Notes: generated by a model from the sequence alone, not told the origin. Numbered from the stretch's first letter, positions 47,688-61,825 are shown. The stretch: 64,000 bases of DNA from Octopus vulgaris (GCA_951406725.2 OX597822.1:26722001-26786000); one strand, 5' to 3'. Numbers and translations: made by a program.

Positions 47688-49107
47688 TTTTTCATTTCTT
47701 AATAATATAATTTGTTTGATTTCAGTTATAAAACAAGTTGGTTCAAAGCCAATACGCTGTTTCAGAATGACTAGGTGTAGATCATGGGCAGTTAAATTTA
47801 AGGTTTATATTCAAAGCTTACGATTGAATAATATGTCCAAATCCTAACAAGTATTTCAGTCAAATGAATTACACCTCAGTGTATTTATATTTTCAAGAAG
47901 ATATATAATATTATGAAATGAAATTGAATGTTGAACATAATGTTATGAAACAGGTATATTGTATATATATTTGACCTTCTATTGCATTGTTACTTATTAC
48001 ATTTAGTATATCAAGCATTGTGACACAAGGAAAGTTAGGTCTGAAAGTATATTTAATGAGTTTAACTCGAACTTATGATGTAAGTTCAAAAGCATCATAT
48101 TAAATTAATGCAAATCTGCTTTACTTTAAAATTTGAAGTCAAGAACTATTTATTATTTTAAAGAAAAGAAAATCCATCTGAAACAAGGGTGTCAATAATT
48201 AAATTTATTATACAGACTTCAAGTGTTCAAAGTTTTGGCTTGCAATATAAAAGAATTAATTGTATGCTTGTAAAGGTGTGTTTTTAAGATAAGAAAATGA
48301 TATATTGCATTAAGTAATGAGAAGATGAACTGATGTTAAAAATTATGTAAGAAACAGAAATTGAAAATACCAAAGATCTGTATATTATATTAAAAAGGGT
48401 ATCTAATTCATTATGAAAGTTCTATATATTTCAATTTAGATAAGACAGATAGCATATGTCAAATATTCTTCACAACTGCAACAGTTCATATATTAAATCA
48501 TTGACTTCACATATAATGATCCAAATCTACTTTTGTGGGGAGGTGAGGATACCATGAGTAAAAATACTCTCTTAGGCAGTTTATGTTTTTTGCTATCTTA
48601 CAAATGGTTTTCACTGAAGACAACCCCTTATGTGTTCAGCTAGAGATTGGTTCTTTTGAGGAAAGCTAGATCTTATATACCACAGAAAAACAGGGTGAAC
48701 AGCATTTGTTTAAATGTTTGTGTGGTTTGAGGTAACAAATCAATTTCCATTCAATGTTATGGCTTGCTTCTTTTTAATCTGTTTAAGGGATCATATATAA
48801 TTCAGACAAGTTAATGTCTTTACTTATGAGCAGGTACCAGAATGTTCTATGTATTGGTTAATCCTATAGAAAATCTTGATGTAGTCTTGTATTAACTATT
48901 GTGCTCCAAACAGTACCTTTGAAAATTCAACTATAATCCAAGTGACTATTGAGTCAGACGCATGCAGTTTCAAAGATGTACATACATATTGGATGAATTA
49001 TAGAGTTTTGTTTAGCTCATAATTCATAAGAATTGTGAAAAATTTGGTATGGTCAAAAAAGAAACTTTTATAATGTTCTTATTTATTAAAAATTTTATGA
49101 TATTGTA

Positions 49108-49278
49108 GATGTAGGTGTGGCTCTGTGGTAAATAGCTTGCTTACAAACCACATGGTTCCCGGTTCAGTCCCACTGTGTGGCACCATGGGCAAGCGTCTTC
49201 TACTATAGCCTCATGCTGACCAAAGCCTTGTGAGTGGATTTGGTAGACAGAAACTGAAAGAAGCCTGTTGTATATATG

Positions 49279-49309
<31 letters not shown>

Positions 49310-49518
49310 ATGTTTGTGTGTCTGTGTTTGTCCCCCCAACATCGCTTCACAACCGATGCTGGTGTGTTTACATCCCTGTAACTTAGTGGTTTGGCGAAAG
49401 AGACCGATAGAATAAGTACTAGGCTTACAAAGAATAAATCCTGGGGTTGATTTGCTTGACTAAAGATGGTGCTCCAGCATGGCCACAGTCACATGACTTA
49501 AACAAATAAAAGAGTAAA
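49108..49518 (+). mobile_element. SINE family B
   Basis: Full-length copy. Confidence 0.9.
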
Positions 49519-50635
49519 TAGCAGACATCTGAGCATGGTGTGGTATAGTCCATCCAGCTGGGGAACACATATGCCATAGAAACCGGGAAACCGGTTAGGG
49601 TGTCAGCACCATGATCGTAAGATTGTGGTTTCAATTCCTGGACCGGGCGACATGTGTTCTTGAGCAAAACACTTCATTTCACGTTGCTCCAGTCCACTCA
49701 GCTGGCAAAAATGAGTAACGCTGCAATGGACTAGCGTCCCATCCAGCTCGGGAACACATACGCCATAGAAACCGGGAAACCGGGCTCTGAACCTGGTTAG
49801 GCTTTAAAAAGGTGCATTTATTTTTTTTTTACACAAAACATTATTGGAGAGTCGATGTATGTTGTGCATAACATATCTGATTTTCTGCATGTTAGAGAAT
49901 TCTGAATTTTGCAAGTTGAACATATCAAGATATTTCAATATCATAATGTTAGATTCAGTTGTTATTCAGTTGAGCTAACCAAAAAAACATATGAAGGTCC
50001 TTTCTGAATCTCTCAATATTGCGTTTATGTATCTTTCTACATATAACAAAACTGTTTGCACTGTATAAATTTCCGAGAACATGTGAGAACTTGGCATGTA
50101 AGCAAGTAAGGTTATTTTGTTTCTCAATGTTGCTCCCATGCCTGTAGCAAATGGAATGTTTGAATGTTTCTGCATTCATATACAATTGTCAAAGAATAAT
50201 GCTTGCCTTGACTTGTAGAATTATATTGATTTCAGAATTAGTGATGGGTGAAAAAGTTTTTTTATGAAAGAATGAATACATCATACAAACATATGTACAA
50301 ACAGCCTTAATTCAGGACAAACTTATGTCTCAGTGACATATGATATAATATATAATAAATATGATATATATTATATGTAACCTACAAATACATAACATGT
50401 TATATTATATATTATTTGCATACACAGATATACATGCACTCATACACATGTATGTAATACAAATAACTATTAGGAAGTAATTGTTTTTGGCTACAGATTA
50501 TCTCATATGATTCTCTTTGAGGAATTTCATCTCTTATAACTGCATCTTATATATCTTGTCTATGTTGTATAAATGTATATGTGTTTTATATATGCGTGTG
50601 TATGTGTGTGTGTTATATGCTGAACAATTCTACTT

Positions 50636-50774
50636 TTCACTCTGAGCGAGAGGCCCTTTGTCACCAGTAGAGGTAGGAGCTATCTGAACTTTGCCCAGGC
50701 TATTCTTATTCTAGTGGCAATGCTCTCTGAGCATCCACTCCCACTACAGACTTGGTCACCTAGGTAGCGGAAGC

Positions 50775-50777
<3 letters not shown>
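50636..50777 (-). pseudogene. Internal RTE reverse-transcriptase fragment
   Basis: Translates SFRYLGDQVCSGSGCSESIATRIRIAWAKFR*LLPLLVTKGLSLRV. Confidence 0.75.
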
Positions 50778-50830
<53 letters not shown>

Positions 50831-50831
50831 T

Positions 50832-51063
50832 ATTTCTTTACTACCCACAAGGGGCTAAACACAGAGGAGACAAACAAGGACAGACAAACGGATTAAGTCG
50901 ATTACATCGACCCCAGTGCTTAACTGGTACTTAATTTATCGACCCCGGAAGGATGAAAGGCAAAGTCGACCTCGGCGGAATTTGAACTCGGAACGTAACG
51001 GCAGACGAAATACAGCAACGCATTTCGCCCAGCATGCTAACGTTTCTGCCAGCTCGCCGCCTT
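50832..51063 (-). mobile_element. SINE family A inserted in (TA)n
   Basis: Reverse-complement full copy with CpGs retained. Confidence 0.9.
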
Positions 51064-51094
51064 TATATATATATATATATATATATACATATAG

Positions 51095-51350
51095 TGGAGG
51101 TGCGTGGCTTAGTGGTTAGGGTGTCAGCATCATGATCGTAAGATTGTGATTTTGATTCCTGGACTGGGCAAAGCATTGTGTTCTTGAGCAAAACACTTCA
51201 TTTCATGTTGATCCAGTCCACTCAGCTGGCAAAAATGAGTAACGCTGCAATGGACTGGCATCCTGTCCAGCTGGGGAACACATATGCCATTGAAACTGAG
51301 AAACCGGGCCCTTGAATCTGGCTAGGCTTTATAAGGGCACATTTATTTAT
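51095..51350 (+). mobile_element. tRNA-derived SINE, family E (other copies at about 49530-49825 + and 6935-7450 -)
   Basis: Head ggaggtgcgtggcttagtggttaggg; internal gcaatggactggcatcctgtccag resembles the V-SINE domain. Confidence 0.8.
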
Positions 51351-52751
51351 ATATATATATATAGATATATATCCTAATTTTGAATGCATCTACAACAAAC
51401 GACATTTCCAACTCAGCCTTAGAATAACACAAACACACATGCAAATATTTAAAATGATACACTCAAGAGATTCCCAAGAATATATTAAAAACCAGTCCCA
51501 ATCACTGCTATAATCCATAACAAGTCACTTTTAGGTCACTTGACCATTTAACATTCTACTACTATAATGGCACTCCCGCATTCTCCTCCTCCTCCTTCCT
51601 CTTCCTCTTCTTCCTCCTTGTCCCTGCCAAGAATTTACAATAACCTCAAACTCACAAGAGTAAACAAGAGAGACAGAGACAGGCAGAAACAAAGAAAATA
51701 CCCCTTGTATTTGAATGTTATGCAAATAACTTTTCTTTAAATTTTCCCCAAATTGAATTGTTTTCCATACTGACAGTTGGAAAAGTCTTATTGACTGAAA
51801 CCAATACTGAAATGTTTTTTATAAAATTATTTTAGCATTTTCTACCTTGACTTTTTTTTCCACACACACACACACACACACAAGCACGCATAAATATATA
51901 TATGTATTTATATAATTTAAAAATAGGATAAAATCTTCATAAGAATTTATCAAGTAGTTAGCGTGAAAAACCTCATAAGAGAAAAAAGCCCTCAATTTTT
52001 TTCCCTTTAAATTTATTTATTTATATTATATAGAGGGCACTCTTATACTTAGCGTGTGACATCTATGTGTAATAGTGCCCTCTATATAATATATATATAT
52101 ATATATACAGAGAGAGAGAGAGAGAGAATGGTTGTGCCCCAGCATGACCACAGCTTTAAAGTTGAAACAAGATATAAAGAGTTATATATATGCAAATGCC
52201 CGTTTTTTTTTTGTTAGATAAGATCTTTGTTATTTATAGCTGTTCTAGAAATGTCTCTTCTTCATTGTCTGAATTAATCATTTGTGATTCTGTTAAATCT
52301 TGAAGGTCTTCAAATGTGACAGGTCTCATAACTTTGCAATAAATTCTGGATGTCAATCAAACATTCAATCATCTTCTTCAAGTATATCCTCCTCCTCATC
52401 GTCATCATCATCATCATCAGCAGCAGCAGCACTACTATCATTCTAATGTACACTTTTCTTATGCTTACATGGATCAGGTAGAATTTGTTGATGGAGATTT
52501 TTTTCTGAGGGCAAAACAACCTTCCTGCTACCATCCTTCAGTTGTTCCCAAGCAACATAATATTTCTCCATGATTGGATATGATTTTATGGATGATTGGT
52601 TCTAATTATATTGTTTGTAAGATGGTCTGTCTGTTTGTCAGAGAGAGAGGGGAGAGAGAGAGAGAGAGCTATATGCATTCTTTAACCCTTTAATATTAAG
52701 ATTATTCTGTCAAGTGTAAGGCTTTTTTATTCACATTTTAAAAAATTAATT

Positions 52752-52970
52752 TACTCTTTTACTCCTTTACTTGTATCAGTCATTTGACTGTGGCCATGCT
52801 GGGGCACTGCCTTTAGTCGAGCAAATCAACCCAAGGACTTACTCTTTGTAAGCCTAGTACTTATTTCATTTGGTCTCTTTTGTCAAACCACTAAGTTACA
52901 GGGATGTAAACACCACCAGCATCAGTTGTCAAGCAATGTTGGGGGGACAAACACAGACACACAAACATAT

Positions 52971-53001
<31 letters not shown>

Positions 53002-53147
53002 CGATGGGTTTCTTTCAGTTTCCATCTACCAAATCCACTCACAAGGCTTTGGTCGGCCCAAGGCTATAGTAGAAGACACAGTGGGTCTGAACATGGAACC
53101 ATGTGGTTGGTAAGCAAGCTACTTACCACACAGCCACTCCTGCGCCT
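52752..53147 (-). mobile_element. SINE family B nested in a piggyBac-like MITE
   Basis: Reverse-complement copy splitting the MITE at 52682-53306. Confidence 0.88.
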
Positions 53148-53761
53148 ATGCATTATCTTGTAGCTTTGAGGTTTCAATGATGTGATTGTTTCTTCTTCAG
53201 AATGACATTGTTGGGTAGGTGTAAGATATCAGATCTGGCCAGTTTAAACATAAATCAAGTAGAATATTTGGGCCAGGTGTGGCCTGTTTAAATATCAAAG
53301 GGTTTATCACCTATTAAAGTGTTACCCACAAAAACACCTTAGAGTATGTTTAGTTCCATCTGCTCCTGAAGGAATTTGTTTTTGTTTTGTTTTTTTGCTG
53401 CATATTTACTATAAATTTACATTGTACTCTTTGTCTTTGTCACTTTCTCTCTCTCTCTCTCTCTCTCATACCCTCACATATACACAAGCACATGTGTTTA
53501 CCTGCTAATGAGTTACCCAGGAAATACTTTAGGTTACACTGACTTGTTCCTCGTTCGTTCACAGTTATGTTACTCCCTTTCTCTGTCTGTCTGTATGTCT
53601 ATCACCCTCTGTGCCACATATTTACCATGTCTTCCATTCCGTTGCCATATACACACACATTATAAATGAACCATAGTTTGAAGCATCTTCATTAGTCAGT
53701 AATGTGTTATTATGCATTATTTATCATCCATTAATTTCTGCTTGTGTTTTCTGTCTTCCAG

Positions 53762-53872
53762 GGAATACCATTAGTAATGTTGTCATGATAATCCCACCCG
53801 TGTTTCTGGCTGTATTGGCATTGAGGCAGAAACTCGAGATGAGGTTGCTGATGTGTAACATTAGTCTGCTAA
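53762..53872 (+). CDS. ACER3: Internal coding exon of an alkaline ceramidase (ACER3-like); other exons not found in the window
   Basis: Acceptor ttttctgtcttccag and donor gtaagt; 111 nt, phase 1/1; encodes (W)NTISNVVMIIPPVFLAVLALRQKLEMRLLMCNISLL, matching recalled ACER3 WNTVSNLIMIIPPMFGAVQSVRDGLEKRYIASYLAL. Confidence 0.85.
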
Positions 53873-55152
53873 GTAAGTAAATTACTTCTTTTATCTTTGT
53901 ATCTCTTTCTTCTTTCACTCTTTACATTTCATTTTAATTTTTTTTTATTACCCTTTCATTTTTTTTCTTTACTCTGTCACTTTTACCTCATCTCTTACCC
54001 AATGTCTCTTAAATTTACCTTGCTACTTTTTACCCTCTTACTTTCACCCTCTTTATTTTCCCCTTCTCTTTTACTCTGTCACTTTTACCCAATGCTTTTT
54101 ACCCCTTCACTTTATACCCTTTCTCTTTTATCACCTCTCTCTTACTCTATCAGTTTTACTTTTCTCTTCTACCCTTTCACTTTTCCCACTTCTTTTATTC
54201 TTTTTCTGTTTCTCTTTTAACTTTTTTTACTCCATTTTCTTTGCACTTTCTCTTTTACTTAAATTGTTTTTTACTTTATTCACTTTTATTCTATACCATA
54301 TGTTCTATCTCTTTTACTCTACCAGTTCTTCATAGCCTTCTTTTTCTTCTCTCCATCTGATTTATTCTCATTTTGTTTTTCCTATCTTTTCTACCCCATC
54401 ACTTTTATGCTACCAACTTTAACTCTTTTTCCTTACTCTTTCTACTTTTTCTAATTTACCTTATCTCTTTTATCTATCTGTTCTATTCTCTCTTTTGATT
54501 CTGTCTCCTTAGTTCTATCACTTCCTATTCTATTCTTCTTACTCTATCAGTTTTAGCTCTTTCGCATTTACTGTCTCTTTTCTTCTATTTTATTCTATCA
54601 CTTTTACTCTTCACCACTTTCACTTTCCTACTTAATCTAGTAATCTTAACTCTTCTCTCACATTTTACTCTCTTATATGTTCTCTGTTACTTTTTTTTAT
54701 CTTTTCTTCCATGAAAATTGTGAAGGATGATTTTATCATATATATACATAACATGAAATACATAGATGTCCTTCAGCTAACTACAACTCAGTGTTGTTCT
54801 TTGTTTTTTTAGGCTAGACAGTATATTCTACTAAGTCAAACTAACTTAGCAATATATACTACACCAACCATGTATAATTGACTCTTCTTATATCAGTCAC
54901 TGATCAATATCAGCAGCAACAGTTAAGTTAGTGTTATAACATACTTAATGTAATGAGCATCGAAAATCTAATTGGAAATGATTACGTGGTGAGGAAAAGA
55001 CAGCATTAAATCATCATTGTCGTCGTCATCATCCTCATCATCATCATTATTTTATGTTTATTGGTAAGGGTTGGAGACTCAGCAATGCATGTTGACTTCA
55101 TCTTACTGAGGTATTGATGAGAGAATCAGAGTAAATTTACAAACTTGTACAG

Positions 55153-55545
55153 ACACAGGAGTGGCTGTGTGGTAAGTAGCTTGCTTACGAACCACATGGT
55201 TCTGGGTTCAGTCCCACTGCGTGGCACCTTGGGCAAGTGTCTTCTACTATAGCCTTGGGCCAACCAAAGCCTTGTGAGTGGATTTGGTAGACAGAAACTG
55301 AAAGAAGCCCATTGTATATATATATGCATGTGTGTGTATATGTTTGTGTGTCTGTGTTTGTCCCCCCGCCCCAATATCGCTTGACAACCGATGCTGGTGC
55401 ATTTACATCTCTGTAACTTAGCGGTTCAGCAAAAGAGACTGATAGAATAAGTACTAGGCTTACAAAGAATAAGTCCTGGGTTCGATTTGCTCGACTAAAT
55501 GCAGTGCTCCAGCGTGGCCACAGTCAAATGACTGAAACAATGAAA
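55153..55545 (+). mobile_element. SINE family B
   Basis: Full-length copy. Confidence 0.9.
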
Positions 55546-56747
55546 AAAAAGGGCAAAAGAGTAGTTGGAATTGAAAATTAGTATATGTTAGAATATAAAT
55601 TACTTTGAGGCATTCTTTGCATAAAAAATAACAGTTAAGTTAATATTAACATGTTTAATGCAATGAACTGCAAAATGTTAATCAAGAATAATTAAATGGT
55701 AATAAAATGACAACACTAGCTCCATGACTAATATAAATTTAGTAATTTTGGCAAGTATGGGAGAAAACTCTGAGCATATTCTGTCTTAGAACTTCTCAGT
55801 GAGGCATTACTGTACATACTGAGGCATTGAATAGAGAATCAATACATAAATGTTCCATATTGGACGGTGGTAGGTGAGAAAATGAGCATATCTAAAACAA
55901 AAAAAAGTGTGAAAGACAAAGATCATCCTTGGTAGAATTTGAACTCAGAACATAAAATGTTGGAAGAAATACTGTGAAGCATTTTGTCTGACACACTAAT
56001 GACTCTGCCAGCCTGCTACCTTAAGATGTTAATCTATAAGAAGCTTTTCTACTATAGACACAAGGCCTGAAACTTAAGAGGTGGGGGCTCATTGATTACA
56101 TCAACCCCAGTTTGCAACTAGTACTTTGTTGACCTTAAGCAGATGAAAGGCAAAGTTGACCATGGAAGAATTTGAACTCAGAACATAGCAGCAGACGAAA
56201 TGCTGCTAAGTATTTTGTTTGGGGTGCCAACTATTCTGCCAGCTTGCCACCTTAATCTGTATGTTAATCTGTAATATTAATCTATACGTTAATCTATAAT
56301 ATTTGTTTCAAATTATGGAACAAGGCTAGCAATTTTAGAGAAGGAGGTACATCGATTACACTGACCCCAGTGCTTAACTGGTACTTATTTTATTCATCCC
56401 TAAAAAGGATGAAAGGTGAAGTTGACCCTGGTGGAATTTGAAATCATTATGGAAAGGGTCAAAAGAAACGCCGTGAAACATTTTGTCTGACAAGCTAACG
56501 ATTGTGCCAGCTTGTAACCATAAGGTTTTAATCTATAATAATAATTTTTGTATGAGCCAATGAGGAAGTCTACATATTTACTTAAACTGCTAGAAAGAGC
56601 AATCAAATAACTTTTATATCATTTTAGAAAAGGAAGGACACATTGGAAAAATAAAATGACAGAATGGTTATCGCTAGAATACTTTTGATCATGGTTAACC
56701 TGGGGTTAAACAACAACAGCTGTCACTGTGTATTTATACTATTTAAT

Positions 56748-57280
56748 TTAATTTAAGTTAAGTTAAGTTAATTTTTTGGTTCAAAAAGCAAAAAGCAAGG
56801 CCATGTAGGGGGACATGGAGTTATGTACAGGGAGGGTGTTTATGCAAAGAGTTCAGGCCATTTCTGGTCAAGAGAGACTTTGAACTGAGCGGTCGTCGGC
56901 ATCTTCACTATCTCGTCCAGCAGCTTATTCCACGGATCCGCAACCCGGACGGGGAAAGCCCCTCTCCTTCGATTGAGATGAAATCGTTGCAGATAGAGCT
57001 TTCTGGAGTGACCCCGCTGCTGACGCTCTGGAGCAGGAGCGAAGAACAGCTCTTTCGAGAGGTTACACTTTCTGCTTATGATGTTGCGAGCGAGAATGAG
57101 ATCACCACGGCATCATCGTTTTTCTAGAGAATAAAGGTCGAGCGTCTTCAGCCTTTCTTCATAAGACAAATGCTTGAGACCAAGAACCATGTGGGTAGCT
57201 AGCTTCTGAACTCTTTCGAGATGATGTATGTCTTTGAGGAGATAAGGAGAAGAGGCTTGAATTCTGTACTCCAATGTGTA
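56748..57280 (-). mobile_element. 5'-truncated CR1-clade LINE
   Basis: Translates LEYRIQASSPYLLKDIHHLERVQKLAT..LSYEERLKTLDLYSLEKR*CRGDLI..RGHSRKL..RVADPWNKL..FKVSLD; (TTAAC)n tail. Confidence 0.9.
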
Positions 57281-57821
57281 GATGTTGTGCTTATTTAACC
57301 CTAGGTTAGCCTAATGAAGCAGATCTAGGTTCAAAGGAGCAAAGACATTCTAGTTCTAGCCCTGATCATTTAGTTAGGTGTGGGTAGGGTATTCCAGTAC
57401 AATGTATCAATGACTACATTTATTAATATGTCCTTCCCTTTTGTTTGTCCTTAAATAGTCATGTGACCAGCTAGAAATAGCGGCCAAATTATCCTTATTT
57501 CAAATCCTATAGTCTTAGGAAAAGCAAAGACACATTGGTTAATGTAGTCCCAGATACACTGAGGGTTGAAGTTCTTGTTGTTGTTGCTGTCATTGTCATT
57601 TAGTCTTTGGTCAGCTCTGATCAGATAGAACTATTTTCAAAATCATAGTTTTGCATGATCATAGTGTGACCATGACCACCCCTTCTTTTTTTCTTGGCAC
57701 AGTGGAATCTGTATTAGCCAGCATGTCCTTCATTTCTAAGACTTAAAGTGTGTGATTTGAAGGAATTTTGCAATTATTTCTAGCAGGTCAAAGGACTCTA
57801 ATGAGGCTGTATTGTCTGTAC

Positions 57822-57877
<56 letters not shown>

Positions 57878-58794
57878 GGTTTGGGTTGGAAGTTTGTTTG
57901 TAAACAGAACTAGTAATTGTTAATTCCATACTGCATAAATTCTCTAGAATTACCTGGACCATAATGGAAGCTATGAACAAGAGGATTTAAAGTAAATATC
58001 TATGTCTTTGTGAAAAGCAATTCCATTGGTATTTTTGGCTACTGGTTATTTTCCAATCTTAATAATACTTTGCAAGCATATCAAAGAATAGTTTTATAGA
58101 ATAATGTCTTTTATTCACATTTGGAATATGATTTTCTATTGTCTTTTTTTCTTCATTTTCTTTCCTTTTAATTTGTTTTGCCGTGTTTACATACATATGT
58201 ATGCCTAGTAGCATGCTTTCAACTTTAGATGAATATGTACTCACGTGAATATATACTTCCATATAAAATATTTGTTTATACTTCCACATGAATATATATA
58301 CTTATACATAAGCATGCGTCCTCACACATACATACACATATTACATACATAGGCATACAGGCATCATAATTTTCATTGTATGCTTTCATTATGGTTAGAT
58401 AAATATTTCATTTCTATATGCTGTGTTTCTTGTGGCTGTGATCAAAGTTATTCCTTTTAAACCATCCTATTTGCATTCCAGGCTTTGTATAGTCCAGTTT
58501 ACATTATCCATTATGTCATTTTCCTTTTGAAACAATAAGGTATGTTTTGTGGGAAATTTAGTTGATATTTTTAGAATGATCATATGCAGGCTTCCTTGTT
58601 CATTTAATACATTTGTTATTAGTATTGTTGCACTTTCTTCAGGCTACAAACTTTGGAGCAAGCCACATGACTGGTACATATTTTAGCGTGAATGAGCAAT
58701 TTTAGCTTTAGTTGGAAACTGAATTCAGAATATAAAGTACTGTGACTAAATACCTCTAGCGTTTTCTTTTTATCTCCTAAGTTCACTGCTTGCT

Positions 58795-59200
58795 GATGGA
58801 GTGAGGAAAGCTTTCGTGGCTGGAGGTGTTGGAGTGAGAGAAGCAATAGAGTTTATAGATGATAGAAAAGCTTGGAGAGTGTTTGTAGATGGATGAGGGA
58901 ATTTGATGTTGCTCAAAGGGGTACGGAACCAGCATGATGTGGTGGGGGTAAACCAGCATATGCTGTTGGGCCCCGCTGCTGATATTGGGGGTTGCATTCT
59001 GTGCCTTGACCTGAGCATAGAAAGGGGCTCACCTTTTTGAGTTGGGAAATGAATGGAATGCCTGGCGTGTGTCTTGTGGCTACCCCCTCCTAATAAATTG
59101 GGGAATAGGCCTGGGTATATAATAAAAGAAAAAACTCTGCTCTACAAAGCTGGTTGTTCTGATGATGCTGTCAGCTAGTTCTGACTAGCAGAATGTATCC
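58795..59200 (+). mobile_element. 3' fragment of a second RTE-like LINE
   Basis: Translates DGVRKAFVAGGVGVREAIEFIDDRKAWRVFVDG*, resembling the RTE C-terminal DR..WR motif; right boundary approximate. Confidence 0.5.
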
Positions 59201-60004
59201 CTTCAGCAAGAAACAGAAGGGCAGATACTTCAATCTAGTTTCTGATAACAGTTTCTAAGGTAGGCACAAAACCAGAAATCTCAAATCTTGGAACATTTTA
59301 TTATAGTAACCCAAGTAAGTAACTGGTACTTCATTTTATCAATCTCAAAAGAACAAAAGGTAGTGTTCCACTGACCCTAACACCCAGCTGGTATCAATCC
59401 TGACAAGATGAAAAGCAAAGTTAACTTCAATGGAATTTGAACTCAGGACTTCAAAAGCTGGAAGAAATTCCAGTAACCAATTTATCTGGCACAGTAACAA
59501 TTCTGCCAGCTAGCTACCTTAATAATAATAATAATAATCATCATCATCATGCTCCATAATAATAATCTTTTCTACTATAAGCACAAGGCCTGACATTTGA
59601 GGAGAGGGGCTAATCAATTACATTGATCCCAATATCCAACTGGTACTTATTTCATTAACCCTGAAAAGATGAAAGGCAGAGTCAGCATTGGTGGCATTTG
59701 AACTCAGAATGTAAAGACAGACATATAATAATGATAATTATAATAATAATAATAATAATCATTAGAATAATAATGATGGTGATGATTTCAAATTTTTGCC
59801 ACAAAGGTAGCTTGGGGGAGGAAATTAAGTCACTTACATCGACCCCAGAGCGTAACTGGTGCTTATTTTATCGACCCTTGAAAGGATGAAAGGCAGAATA
59901 AATCTCAGCAGAATTTGAACTTAGAACATAGCGACAGGCGAAATACTCCTAATCATTTTTCTGGTATGCTAACAATTCTGCCAGCTCGCCACATTAATAA
60001 TAAT

Positions 60005-60560
60005 AAATGCCCTGATGCAGTACCAGGCAGTGGATTTCATTGCTTCTGATCTTAACTGATTGTAAGTGTTATCATGTACATTGTTTTGTCTTGGTATAAA
60101 AGATGAGCGACAACAAATATTCTGCTCAGATTTGCTTGTCAGTTGTTTGACCTTAACCAGTTGAGCATGTCCCTTGGTGGTTGACGATATGTGCATCTCT
60201 GACCATGAGCAGAAGTAGTGGGGGAGCATCATAGCCATGTGTTGAGAGGGATTCTTTTGGCTCTGAATAGTTCACCTCTGGAAACGTGGGTGTTTTGTTC
60301 AACATCCTTAAACAACCCTTATTCAGGGACCTTATGGTTGGGATGGACTATTTGAGTTGAAGAAAATTCTAATGGGGTCCCATCTGTAAGGTCATGCGCT
60401 ATTTATCTTGATATGAGATCACCATGTTGCGCATATATGGTTGTGATGCATGTGCCTGGTGTACCCTTATCAGATGGGTAGTCATGGTGGGTATACTGGA
60501 CTTTGTATATTTTGCCTCAGTGTCACTTTGATGGCATGCACTACTTGCTCACTCAATAAT
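60005..60560. mobile_element. Unclassified interspersed repeat bounded by (AAT)n
   Basis: Its right end (ggtatactgg..cactttgatggcatg..cactcaataat) recurs at about 33615-33690. Confidence 0.55.
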
Positions 60561-60900
60561 AATAATAATAATTATAATTATTATTATTTTTACTATGAGC
60601 ACAAGGCCTGAAATCTGGTGCGGGGAGGGGGGAGATTTTAAAATATTTTGACACTAGTGTTCAACTGGTACTTATTTCATTGACCTCAAAAGAATAAAAT
60701 TAAAAGTTGAACTCAACAAAATTTGAACTCAGAATGTAAAGACGTGAAATGCCAGTAAGCATTTCATCTAGGGTACTAACAATTCTTTCTATAGTAGTTT
60801 CTGTGATCTCAGAGATCATGTGAAGACTGTAGGTATAGCCCATTCCTCCAGACTAAATCAATAGAAAAAAAATTTAGTTGTGCTGCTGCTGCTGCTGTTG

Positions 60901-60932
<32 letters not shown>

Positions 60933-61346
60933 GAAGATGGTGTTATATTTCTTATATATCGTAGTTCTAAACTTCATAATTGTGTCAGATGCAGCTTATA
61001 GAGAGCTAGATGCTGGAATCTGATACAATAAAGAATTAGAACAACTGCAGCCACAACAGGCAGCTGCAAAAAAACCTGCAACATCAGCAACAAACACAAT
61101 TATTGTATTTTTTTTTTGTTTCCAATATTTTCTTTTTGTATATTTCAGTTAGTGATTTTTTTATTTCCAGGAATATTTGTCGTTGCTGTTGTTGCTTAAC
61201 TTTCAAATTGGCTCCGATCTAGTAGACCAATGATCAAAATGCAGACATTCAAATTATGACCATCCTGTCATACGTTGTGTAAAAGAGACTATATCATTTA
61301 GTCTTTCCTTCGTTCATGATATTAAGATGTGGTTTGAATAAGAAAT

Positions 61347-61825
61347 GACTGCTGTTTTCTTGAAGATCAAGTAACCATATTTAAGCTCTGTCATTGCATC
61401 ATCTGCATGTTAGTCATAGCAGATTGGGCATCTATACTCATTTGCCAGCTATTTCTTGCAAACTGAGTGACCACATTTAGGCTCCTTCATTGGCTCATTT
61501 GGTTGCTGTTCTTAGTAGTTTGAGAGACTATGGAGAGTGCTGTCTGATTGAATCATTTGGCTGCTGTTTCTAGCAGGCCAAGCATTTATGGAGAAACCTC
61601 CAGTAAACTGGCCAATTTTACTGACCATTTATAGATCCTCTCATTAACATGTGGTTGTTATTTTTTAGCAAGTCAAATAATCCCATATAAGCTTCCTCTT
61701 TGGCTTGTTTAGCTGTTATTTCAAATAGGTTGAGTGACCATGTCTGTATAGGGTCCTTCAGTAATTCATTTGATTGCTATTTATAGCATGTCAGGTAACC
61801 ATGTAGAGGGCTCCTTCATTGGCAC
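61347..61825. repeat. Degenerate minisatellite of about 55-60 bp, about 8 units
   Basis: Recurrent tttggctgctrtttctagcagg..gtgaccat..aggctccttcattggc. Confidence 0.7.
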
